Positions 9,170-18,868 of a DNA stretch of 64,000 nt are shown in pieces. A program made the translations under genes and the position numbers. The notes under the pieces are model-generated. The model worked only from the letters and a program-made list of their open reading frames with translations, made no database searches and had not been told where the DNA came from. This DNA is from Porphyridium purpureum. Its lineage: Eukaryota. The stretch is taken from positions 1,488,001 to 1,552,000 of the forward strand of contig VRMN01000001.1 of NCBI GenBank assembly GCA_008690995.1. Direction: 5' to 3'. Position 1 is the stretch's first letter. Each line of letters starts with the position of its first letter.

Positions 9170-12115
9170 TCACTTATTGGGTGTGTAGATTTTGATCTTG
9201 CGGCGCTGCTGGATATAGCTGCGCTGCGCCTTGACGCTTATCAGGCGGTTCTCTGGGAGGAGAAGAGCGCTCAAACGGCCGCCGTACACGCATCCAGTGT
9301 CGAGACCGACAGCAAACTCGTGCTGCTGCAGCCCTCGAAGAGCATCATGACCAAACACAACCTTCAGCGGGCCGCGCCACAGTCGTGCCCACCCGTGCTT
9401 GCTCACGTGCTTGGCCGTCACCACGCCGTCCGGCAGAATGCTGCGCATGTTCATCATGAGTCGAGGGTTCTGCTCCCACATTTCCACCCCAGGGATCATG
9501 CCGGCGTGCACAAAGACGTGGCCTAGGCATGTTGAAGAAATATACCACGGGGCGCTCCGGAACCACTCAAAGTCCTCCTCGCTCATGCCGCGCGCAAAGC
9601 GACTGTGCTCGACGCTGACAATTGGCGGTCGCGCGCCCCGCATCACGGCCTCGCGCCACCGGATCACCTCGTGGTCATGGTTGCCGCGCACCATGCGAGC
9701 ATTAATTTGCCGTGCGAGACGCACGACGCCCAGCGAGTCGGGTCCTTTCGCGACCAGATCGCCGGTGAAAATGACCTGGTCGCCGGGTTGGAAGTCTGCA
9801 AGCCGTAACAGTTCAATCACCTCCTGGATGCAGCCATGCACATCTCCAATCGCAATGACGCGTGGACGCTTTCCCAACGCGCGCTCCCACGTCTCGCGGA
9901 ACAGCATTCTGGTACGTAGGGCCCTTCTCTGCTCATCGGCTGTACATGCGGCCTTCTTACCTTCCCCGTCGTCATGGTCTGAGCCCGTGTGAGACGGTAT
10001 CGGCGCAAATAGGTCATCTGAAAATGGTACCCGTGCACACTGTCTCAATTCAAGCACGCCGGAGGCACCGATACGTACATCTCGAGACGGCAAGAATGGC
10101 TCAGACTCTAATTCCTCATTCAGGTCACGTTTTCTGTCTCCGCTACCATCGCTTTCCCCGCCAACGCCACCGTCGCTGTACTGAACGACAGGAAACAACT
10201 TGCGCAGGGAAGAATCACCCACTTGCTCCTCGTCGTGCCTTGCCTGCTTCTCTGTTTTGTCATCTTTGGTCGGGTCGTCCTTTTCGTCTTCTGACGCCTT
10301 TGCGAAAAACGGAGCAACGTTCCGGTAATGGCCAGTCGCAGCACCTGTGCGATTTGAATTCGGTTGGTGAACTTGCTGCGTGGCCTGTTTTTGCGACACA
10401 GCGACGGACTGCGACAAGGCAATCACCAAACGGTCGTCTGTTGGGTGCACGCGTGCACCAACGTCCGCGTCGGCGCCCTGGTCCGGGGCAGTGGGCTCCA
10501 AACTTGAACCTTGCGAAACTCCCGGCGCCGTTTGGCTGGGACTTGACCGATAGACAAAGCACTCCCAAGGCTCGCCTGAGGCCGCCTTTGTGCCTTTGTC
10601 TGCTTCCGATGCACGCGTAGTGTCCTCGCCCTCATCAATAAGATAGCCACCTCGCGAAGCACGTTTTCTTGCACCGTAGCCCCAATCCAGCTGAGCTGGA
10701 GTCAGGTCTGGATCCTCGGCGCGCGGTGTGTCTGTGTCTGCGTTCTGAAGCAGCACTTCAGAAAGATCGGTGATCACTGAGTGCGGTCCGTCCTTCGGGG
10801 CGGTACCCTGAACACGGACCCTGCCCAAATGGACGCGATTGGTCGGCGTGAGCATCAGAGGCGCGCGTAGATCGCGATTTAAGACATTCCAACGTACGGC
10901 AGTCTCGTACCAGCTCCTCAAGCGTCCAGTGTGGCGCGGATTCGACGTTGATGCCAAGCCTATGTCCATGTCCGTGTCTGCCGATACCGATGACGTTGAT
11001 GAAGCGGAACCTCGTGCTTGTGAATTCTGCTGAGTCTGACCAGGCCTCGCAAAGGCGCTTCCCGCCGTCGAGTCCGCGCTTGCAGCTGGTATATCAGTTT
11101 CTGTGTCCGTATACACGAGTTCGAGTGAACGAACGGGTGGGTCGCACGCGCGAAGAGGGAACGGCGACGTCTGGTCTGACTCGACAAACTCGAATGCGAA
11201 TGCGTACAGCACTGAGTCTTTCTGTAGATGAGTCACATCGCGGCGCACGATATCGCTAGCGGAGCCAGATGCGCCACTGCCAGCGACACTACTGCCGCGC
11301 ATGCTACTCCCTGACCCGGCTGGTCGACGCACTGCCCCGCCGTCTGTGTCGTCCAACGAACCACTTGGCACCCTGCGATTCGTGCTACGACTTTTCCGGT
11401 CGGCATCCTGCTCCCCATCTTCATAGCCAGGTATAGGTGGGCTCATTCGCGATACACGCCGCTCACTTGCCGATCCCGAGGAGCCAGGTTCGTTTTCAAG
11501 ATCAGACGGACCGCTGAGCGTGCTGGAGAAAGATGCCACAGCGTCCTTAGACTGAGCAACCTGGATGAGCTGATTCAGCTCATAGCTCAAGTCCCACACA
11601 TTCAAGTGCCATGGGAACACGCGTCCTGTCAAAAGAAGCGGTCCGGACGTTTGGTCCTCTTTCGACCATCGCCCTTCTCGCACAACTGACCGTTTCGCAC
11701 CGGGCGCAGAGTCGTGTTCCGCAGCGTCGCCAATGCTGTCGTCAAAATCTTCCGTCCCCTTCTGGTCACCCGGCGCTTCTTGACTTCTCAAACTGCCAGC
11801 GTCCTTCCCTGTATCATATGCGTCTATGCCTCGATCACTTGCCATGCGCACGCGGTGCCATCTCCGTTTCCCCGTCGACCGCGCGCCCTCACGATTAAGA
11901 CGCAAGGCCCCTCCAAAGTGGGACACAGGACACGCCGCACTCGCTTGTGCAAAGGACCAACACCTCGAACAGAACGAACAGTGGCATTCCCCACGTATCA
12001 GCGCGGGAACCGCCCGGCGCCGTGACCCGGTCGCCCGGCGCTGCATGACGTGCGTAAAACCGGCTATGCCATAAGACTGGCGCGGCACGGCGTTGCGCGG
12101 CCCCCTGCGCGGCAT
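9170..12115 (-). CDS. ApaH-like (ALPH/Ppn2-type) metallophosphoesterase with a long low-complexity N-terminal region
   Basis: C-terminal PPP motifs GDVHG, GDLVAKGPDS, RGNHD, VHAG, VFGHDA and GLDTGCVYGG. Possible starts at 12115, 12046 and 11845. Confidence 0.85.
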   Translation of the reverse strand: MPRRGPRNAVPRQSYGIAGFTHVMQRRATGSRRRAVPALIRGECHCSFCSRCWSFAQASAACPVSHFGGALRLNREGARSTGKRRWHRVRMASDRGIDAYDTGKDAGSLRSQEAPGDQKGTEDFDDSIGDAAEHDSAPGAKRSVVREGRWSKEDQTSGPLLLTGRVFPWHLNVWDLSYELNQLIQVAQSKDAVASFSSTLSGPSDLENEPGSSGSASERRVSRMSPPIPGYEDGEQDADRKSRSTNRRVPSGSLDDTDGGAVRRPAGSGSSMRGSSVAGSGASGSASDIVRRDVTHLQKDSVLYAFAFEFVESDQTSPFPLRACDPPVRSLELVYTDTETDIPAASADSTAGSAFARPGQTQQNSQARGSASSTSSVSADTDMDIGLASTSNPRHTGRLRSWYETAVRWNVLNRDLRAPLMLTPTNRVHLGRVRVQGTAPKDGPHSVITDLSEVLLQNADTDTPRAEDPDLTPAQLDWGYGARKRASRGGYLIDEGEDTTRASEADKGTKAASGEPWECFVYRSSPSQTAPGVSQGSSLEPTAPDQGADADVGARVHPTDDRLVIALSQSVAVSQKQATQQVHQPNSNRTGAATGHYRNVAPFFAKASEDEKDDPTKDDKTEKQARHDEEQVGDSSLRKLFPVVQYSDGGVGGESDGSGDRKRDLNEELESEPFLPSRDVRIGASGVLELRQCARVPFSDDLFAPIPSHTGSDHDDGEGKKAACTADEQRRALRTRMLFRETWERALGKRPRVIAIGDVHGCIQEVIELLRLADFQPGDQVIFTGDLVAKGPDSLGVVRLARQINARMVRGNHDHEVIRWREAVMRGARPPIVSVEHSRFARGMSEEDFEWFRSAPWYISSTCLGHVFVHAGMIPGVEMWEQNPRLMMNMRSILPDGVVTAKHVSKHGWARLWRGPLKVVFGHDALRGLQQHEFAVGLDTGCVYGGRLSALLLPENRLISVKAQRSYIQQRRKIKIYTPNK

Positions 12116-12295
12116 GGCGCGTACCCGGCTGTGCACGCACGCGTGCGCGCGTCCGCAGCGGGTGACCGAAGCTGAAGGCTCCGCGCGTACCAATGAGAGG
12201 AAGATCAGACGCAAAGCGTCAAGACTCGTGCACGCGTGGACCTCGCTCGCGACAAATTGGATTTCTTCTCAAATTTCGGGCAGCTTGGCAAAGGA

Positions 12296-13813
12296 TTAGA
12301 CGCCGCTAAGGAAGCGTGCGAGGCGGTGGATGGGTTGCCATAGAGCAACAGTGAGCGGGCGCTTCTTCAGGGAAGACCGGCTGGTGCCCATGATGAGCTC
12401 GCAGTAGGTGTCGAACATTTTGGTGGCGAGCTCGTCGTCTTCGAATGGGTATGGCGCGCCGAGCTGGTCAGCCACCGCGAGGCCCGAGGTGATGGCAATT
12501 TCGGTCGTGTTGAACAGGGTGTATGCGCCACAGAACCACGTCGCGCGGTCGGGCCGCAGCAAGAAGCGCACAAAGGGTACCGTCCCGGCAAAGTGGCGCC
12601 ACGTATGCGCAAATTGATGCCACCACCGTTGCGTGAGCACCTTGGACGGATCGATTTCGTCACGCGTCCACTTGCTGGCGCAATTCTTGGCGTCCAAAAA
12701 GATGCTCTGGAAAATCGGCGGGTCGCGGCCATGGACTTGTGGCTGGTAGTTGCTCAGCACAAAGGACATCTCAATTACCTCCTTGTCGTGCACGTCACTG
12801 CGCACCATGTAGTGCACGTCTTCGTTACTACCCAATGCGTCTTCGTACATACGGTCCATATAAGCGCGGTCCGTGTGCGTCACAATGAGGTCGTCAAAGA
12901 AGGTCACATTGCAGAGAGCCTGCCTCTCCCACATGTTCATGTCGACAAGGACCTCGCGCGACACGTCGGCGCCGCACGCCATGACGACGTGATCAAACCG
13001 CTCTTTATACACCTCGCCCGTGGCCTCAGTTTTGAACTCAACGGTCGCTCCGTGAGTTGGTTTCTCTTTGTGACTGTGCCGCGATACTTTCACCACGGAT
13101 GTGCCTGTGCGGCGCTCGATTTGTGGGCTCTTGGTCAGCGCCTCGTACACGTCTTGCAAAGGCGGGAATGCATACATGTCCGGTTGCTGACTGAGAAACA
13201 CCTGGTCATCAAAGTCAAAGAGTTTGAGCTCCGGATCAAGAAAGACTCGCGCAATGATGGCGGAACTGACATTGGGAGTCTGGTTTCCGGTGCCAAAGAA
13301 CAGCGCGACGAGGGGGAAAACCACGTCGTTGCGAAACTGCTCTGAAAACCCGAACAGCTTCATGGTCAACTTAATTGGAAGAATGAGAAACAGCGGTTCC
13401 AGAGCACTCATAAGCGACAGAAGTTTACCAAAGCGCTTAATCTCCTTTCGCTGCGACTGGATAAACGGCGAGACGCGGTAGTTTGACCACCGCGTTTCGC
13501 CGTTGCCAAACGCGACACGCAGCTGGATGCGATGGAACAGCTCCTTCGAGTCCGATGCGGCCCGGGCCTTGTCCCCCACCTGTTCAAACAGGCGCATGGT
13601 ATTGCGGTAACTTGGCGCACCGCCCTGCACACCATCATTAACACGCGCGTCCGGTGCTACCTGAGTCGTGATCGACGCGCCCCCGGCAACTGGCGCCTTC
13701 TCGACCAGCACCACCTCAAACTTTTCCGGAAAGCGCGACAGCGACCATGCGCATGCCGCGCCGGCTGGTCCGGCGCCCAGCACGCAGATTTTCTGCCGGC
13801 GCTGCGCGTCCAT
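12296..13813 (-). CDS. FAD-dependent oxidoreductase (amine oxidase-like superfamily)
   Basis: Rossmann motif ICVLGAGPAG...VVLVEK...GG, NDGVQGG, and C-terminal WFCGAY. Substrate unknown. Confidence 0.82.
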   Translation of the reverse strand: MDAQRRQKICVLGAGPAGAACAWSLSRFPEKFEVVLVEKAPVAGGASITTQVAPDARVNDGVQGGAPSYRNTMRLFEQVGDKARAASDSKELFHRIQLRVAFGNGETRWSNYRVSPFIQSQRKEIKRFGKLLSLMSALEPLFLILPIKLTMKLFGFSEQFRNDVVFPLVALFFGTGNQTPNVSSAIIARVFLDPELKLFDFDDQVFLSQQPDMYAFPPLQDVYEALTKSPQIERRTGTSVVKVSRHSHKEKPTHGATVEFKTEATGEVYKERFDHVVMACGADVSREVLVDMNMWERQALCNVTFFDDLIVTHTDRAYMDRMYEDALGSNEDVHYMVRSDVHDKEVIEMSFVLSNYQPQVHGRDPPIFQSIFLDAKNCASKWTRDEIDPSKVLTQRWWHQFAHTWRHFAGTVPFVRFLLRPDRATWFCGAYTLFNTTEIAITSGLAVADQLGAPYPFEDDELATKMFDTYCELIMGTSRSSLKKRPLTVALWQPIHRLARFLSGV

Positions 13814-14244
13814 TGGGACCGGTGACAATGGCAGGTCACAGCTTGAATCTCCAGTTGCGCAATGCGACCCACCAGGAGCTTCCACCGTTTAAAACCTGCT
13901 CGCCAATGGGAAATGGGTACAGTGAAGTACAGCGTTCGCAAGCACAACTTGCGGATGCAAAGTGCAACGAACAGGTGGCTCGTACCATGCAGCCGGCTCA
14001 CGCTTGGTGACGTTCAGTGCCCCACCGCGGCCATTGCACGAGCAAAACGAACGTCTTGGGCTTGCATCTTTGGAAAGCACCACCGACTGGCCATTCTTCA
14101 CATTTGACCGCGCCACGCGGGTCGTTCGCCAATTGCACTCAGTCACACGCTCAGCAAGAATGATTGCCCGTCGTCTGGCGCCCCAAACGTTTCGCTAGTT
14201 TGTACATCTACCAGCGATGCGGACGGCGGAATCGTGTGGCCAAT

Positions 14245-14760
14245 CTAGGAATCGCCCTTGTACGACCATTCAAGCCTTTCAGACCGTACAAATTGCTCCG
14301 CAACTGCAATGGACAACAATGACGTTACATCTCTTTTCCGGTCGCGGCTACCTTTCACTCTCGTACCGGTTATCTCCTTTTTTTCCCTCTTGTTCTCACA
14401 AGGTCCAGTCATTTCCTTCTCTGCCCGCTCAAACTCCGGAGCGAAAAAGGTAGTGCAACCGCATTTCCCTTCATCAAACCCGTTCCTGATGAACTGCTCT
14501 TGGACAAGTGCCTCCGCCAGCTGCAGGTTGTCCAACCCTCTTGAGCAAGAAAACTCGTCGGAAGATCCGCTCGAGACTGTATTTTCCGAAACGGAGGCTG
14601 ACCGGGTGTCGTCACATTTGTCTACTGATGGCGTTGAACGCAACTTTTGGGCACCGTTCCCTGAGGCAGCGCCCCGGGTAGGAGAACTCTGCTCCAACTC
14701 CGGAAAGGATTTTGACTCTCGATTCATGCTCATGACGTGCTTTTCAGGCGAATTCTGCAA
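14245..14760 (-). CDS. Hypothetical Ser/Glu-rich protein; may be the last exon of a gene starting near 15208
   Basis: 171-aa ORF with protein-like composition and no recognisable domain. Confidence 0.3.
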   Translation of the reverse strand: MQNSPEKHVMSMNRESKSFPELEQSSPTRGAASGNGAQKLRSTPSVDKCDDTRSASVSENTVSSGSSDEFSCSRGLDNLQLAEALVQEQFIRNGFDEGKCGCTTFFAPEFERAEKEMTGPCENKREKKEITGTRVKGSRDRKRDVTSLLSIAVAEQFVRSERLEWSYKGDS

Positions 14761-15479
14761 CTCGTACTGATATGCAACTGACTTTGCCGCGAGCTGGTGC
14801 GCTCAATGAGCAAGCTTCTCAGTAAGTGAAGCAAAATTCCTGGCCACCAAGAGTGTCACCATAATATACATCATCTCGGTGTCCCTAACATGGCGCCGCT
14901 GGCTGCCCATGTCGCACGGCTTCCAAAACGTTGCAGTTCCTTTACCACCATTTACTCTGCTCTAGCAAGCTGAATGACTGCCTTAGCGTTCCAGATCGTC
15001 CTGTTTTCTCTGACTTGCTGGACATCGCCACATCGCGCTCAGCTACGGACGCCTCGCGCGCCTCCGCGAATCCATGCTGCTCTGATATAGACGAAGCAGG
15101 CACGGCCCTGACAGCCTGCGCTCCTTGCCCTGCCGCCACGCATTTGGCAAGCCCGCAAAGCCGAGCGGGACCTGGCCTGCTAATTTTGCGCAGCGCAGCG
15201 ACCGCCACGGGCTAACTGCTACTCATGCGCGCATTGCCGCGACCGCACACCGGCGATCCACGGCCAGGAGCGAACCTGCGCGGTGCGCCACTCGGGCAGC
15301 CAGGCGCATTTGGGGCGCTCAATATTTTCCTCAGACTTCCTAATAAAACGATCCATTTTACTATAAACTGCGGACCAAAACGGATAGGGGACAGTACCGC
15401 CTATCAAGGTTTACTAGTAAAATGATCGGGTTTCCTATAAGAAGGATGGAGGTCTGGTGAAAAGGAAAAGTGGAGAAAG

Positions 15480-16560
15480 TCAAAACGGATAAGGGACACG
15501 GCGCACGCCTGGCCATTCCTCAGCCTTACAGAATCGGAATCGGTCGCGGTTTCCATACACGTATGCGCCTAGAAGATATGCACAGTCGAATATTCGTTTC
15601 GGCAGCGACACGTACGAATTGGCCAGTACAGGCGGGTCCAGCGTCTCCCGAGCCAGCAAGAAGGCATTCTTGAGCTCCAGCACCGTCTGACAGTGCCTTG
15701 CACCGTCGTAAACCTTGCACGCTAGTATCCCCCATACGTCCTCGATGATATTAAAGTCCGGCGGATACGCTGGCCAGTCTAGAAACTGCACATTCTCATC
15801 ATTCATGAAGTTCTGAACCAGGCGACCTCTGTGCACTTGCGCGTTATCCCGCTGAAAAGTCATGTTTGGGCCACACCATCTGCCGGCAAAGGCCCAGCAC
15901 ATTGTCACCTCGAAGCATGGGAACATATTCTGCAGTCGTAAATGTTCCCTCCATGAAATGCAGGTCATTCTTTCCTCTTGCAGAAATTGCAACCCAAACC
16001 ATGCATCCACCGCCGCAAGAACGTCACGACCAAACGTCCGGAACATCCGCCACACGCTCAAGCCACGTCTTTTGGAATCCATCCGGTCGGTCCAGGTTGA
16101 TCTTCTTTTCGCCAGTGAACACAATTGCGGCCCAATTTGTCTGTTCCAACTGATGGTGCCTGGCCGAGGCCAGCCTCTTGAGCTTTCGGTACAGTGTCCG
16201 TGGCAGACAAGCTGGAATTTTGCGGTATGCATGCGTGACACGCATTGCCTTCCTGATTGTCGTCAAACTTTGGATTGGTTTAGCTCCACGAATTCGCAGA
16301 GCTGCTGAACCTGACGTGCCGTGTGAATGGTCGAAACCTTAGCGATGTTATAAATCTTCGTTTTGACCGCCTCAGTCAGCTTTCAAGCGTTCACATTGGC
16401 ATATTTCTGGCATTAATCGTTTGGAGTCGACAAATAGCAAGAAAGCACGTTCGTCGAGCGCCCAACCTTGTTCGCAATGGCTTTCACGCTCTTGTAGCGT
16501 CACTCCCGACTTGCGTGAATTCTTCATTTTCCCTCGTACGAAAGGCTTCCGTTGCACCAC
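15480..16560 (-). mobile_element. Decayed Tc1/Tc3-like DD34E transposase (frameshifted)
   Basis: Pieces lie in different frames: HTH VKAIANKVGRSTNV (about 16490-16450), VFTGEKKINLDRPDG (first catalytic Asp lost), and FQRDNAQVH...DWPAYPPDFNIIEDVW with 34 residues between D and E. Confidence 0.88.
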
Positions 16561-16574
16561 CTGACAACAAGCTG

Positions 16575-16637
16575 GAACTCGCCACAGGCTGCGCTGAACT
16601 CGCCACAGGCTGCGCTGAACTCGCCACAGGCTGCGCT
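16575..16637. repeat. Three tandem copies of the 21-mer GAACTCGCCACAGGCTGCGCT
   Basis: Read directly; lies just upstream of the transposase remnant. Confidence 0.95.
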
Positions 16638-17247
16638 AAACTTGCACGTCTCTGCTGACGACAGACCCGGCGGCGCCCGAGCCATTCCGCTCGCACGCGC
16701 AGTCCTCGCCTCGCTGCTAGCAGCGCGTCCATCTCTGTTCCGAGCCGTTTCGCGCAGACCGCACCGAGAATATGTTTCGTAGCAAAACGCCGCACTTTAC
16801 TATGAATAGATTCTTTGACTGGCAGGACTCACTGTCTGCCTATCAGCGGCAGCTCAACATGGCAAGTGTAGACACGCAGCTGTAGCGCACGAGCGGCAGC
16901 GCGAGAGAGCAGGATTCGTCAGAGCCGCGCGGGGCAGAGACCGAGGTGTGTTTCAGTGCGGCCGTTGCCGTCGCGGCGACTCTGCGTCAAGATTCTGGAA
17001 ACGGCGCGAGAACGACTGGCAGCAGGCTCGCGCAGAGGGAGCCCGAGCGCGCAGAGTTCGCGGAGAACGGTACCGCGCGCGTACCCAGTTTGGTCCGTGT
17101 GGTCGGTTCTTCTTCCGTTGGCTGGGCTGCGCGGCGGCGGCAGTTGAAGAGAAGCTCGTTCGCGTCCCGGTCATCTTTTTCCGGAGCGGAGAACTTTGTC
17201 TGGTCTCTGGGATTTCTTTTCACGTTCCGGAGAGAGGAGACGCGGCT

Positions 17248-18612
17248 ATGATTCACGGCGTGAAACGCGCGTTTGTGCGGCCGGCACAGGCGTCGAGTCA
17301 TCGCGCAGACACGAGTATGAATGACGTGATTGAACGGTACAAACAGGTCAAGGTATTGGTCGAGGTGGTTTCGCGTATCTGGCTCAAAACCTTGCCCGAA
17401 AACTACCGCGCCCTGACCACTTCGCATACGGAGCTCACGGAAAACGTGGTGCGACTTGCTGAACTAGTCGACAAGGACCCGGTCGTGCATCCGGATATTG
17501 TGCAACTCAATGGTAGAGTACCAGACCTGGCGCACGCATGCTCGAAGCGCTCGCGTGAGCTGGCCAAGCTCGTAAGCACAACGTTCGAGCTCGACCGCGA
17601 GCGAGTGAAAGAGGCCGAACAGCTCAAGCTCATGCTAGACTGGCTCCAGACCAAACTGAAAAATATTGGTACCGTATTAGAGCTGCGCGAAAAGTCCATC
17701 TGCGAATTCGAGTACTACAGTACCAAGCAGACTAACCTGGAAAGCGTCAAGAACCCGAAGAAAGATACCCAGGAGAAACTCGAGCGCACAATTTCCAAGA
17801 AGGTTTCAAATGACCGCGACGTAGCCCGTGCAAACGAGAAGGTGCGTCTGGGCCTTGCGAAAGTTGGTAGCGTGCTGGGATATGTGGTGGCCAAGCTGAT
17901 GCATGCGTATATCCAGCAGAGCGGCGCCATCCTCAATGTGCCCTTTCTGCAAGCTTTACTGTCGTGCCCAGAGTTTGACGCGCTTGTTCTCGATCAGGCC
18001 ATTGACGCAAAGGACATTGAGAACGTCGCGGCGACGCGCGCAGCGCAAATGATTGCCGGCCAGTCGGGCCACCTGGATTCAGACACCGAATCTGAGGCCG
18101 GGCGACGGTTTGAACTGCAGACGCGGAAGAGCCAGTCCAGCGCCAGATCCAAGGAGGAACAGGCAGGCCGGGACAGTCTCAGTCTGGACGGTACTTTTCA
18201 AAGGGAGGCGTCGACGGGATTTGGCTTGCAGGCAGTAGAGTTGACAAGTCGCACCAGTAGTAGTGCACGGGCGTCCGATGCTGCGTACGTGCCGGCAACC
18301 GTCAGCGGCAGCAGCGGCAATCAGAAGCATCACGTCAAGCGCGGCTCGCTGGAATCATATCACAATGCGTACCCTGTGGCCTCGCCTCCCGTGCGACTGG
18401 TCTCCAAGGGACCGGATGGCGGTCCTCCGCCATCTAATGGCGTTTTTAAGCCCTACGGGGCGCCTCCCCAGGTGCCTTCAGTGCCTCCTGCCAATTTATA
18501 CCCGTACCCAGAGGTCATGAATACGTTTGGTGCCGCGCCTGCGGAGCCGTCGTATACCAGGGTCGACACCGATGAGGACTCGTTCAAAGAGTGCCGAGGT
18601 ATAGGCTTATAA
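17248..18612 (+). CDS. Helical BAR-domain-like protein with a Pro-rich C-terminal tail
   Basis: About 250 aa of helical sequence with a BAR-like segment ELREKSICEFEYYSTK...EKLER, then a disordered tail. Confidence 0.55.
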   Translation: MIHGVKRAFVRPAQASSHRADTSMNDVIERYKQVKVLVEVVSRIWLKTLPENYRALTTSHTELTENVVRLAELVDKDPVVHPDIVQLNGRVPDLAHACSKRSRELAKLVSTTFELDRERVKEAEQLKLMLDWLQTKLKNIGTVLELREKSICEFEYYSTKQTNLESVKNPKKDTQEKLERTISKKVSNDRDVARANEKVRLGLAKVGSVLGYVVAKLMHAYIQQSGAILNVPFLQALLSCPEFDALVLDQAIDAKDIENVAATRAAQMIAGQSGHLDSDTESEAGRRFELQTRKSQSSARSKEEQAGRDSLSLDGTFQREASTGFGLQAVELTSRTSSSARASDAAYVPATVSGSSGNQKHHVKRGSLESYHNAYPVASPPVRLVSKGPDGGPPPSNGVFKPYGAPPQVPSVPPANLYPYPEVMNTFGAAPAEPSYTRVDTDEDSFKECRGIGL

Positions 18613-18868
18613 ATACTGGTGCACTAGCATGGCTTCGGTGAGTACAGAGCACAAGCAATACAAAGTGCGCGCGACCGCGTTCGCATCGTCGCACATCACT
18701 GGAGCAATTTTGAGGACCGTATTGATCAAGTATTCTACTCTTCTGCTGTTGAAGTTCTGCGCCACGGCATCCACGCATGGCGCGGGTCAAATATCCTGCC
18801 AGCTGCCTCCAAAGATAAGTACAAAGAGGCTAAGCGGTGCGAATGATTGAAAATCTTTATGACTTTCC

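Noticed and set aside
16575..16637. 21-bp repeats and the 63287 9-mer array as a CRISPR-like array
   Set aside because: The units are directly adjacent with no spacers, no cas genes are present and the context is eukaryotic.
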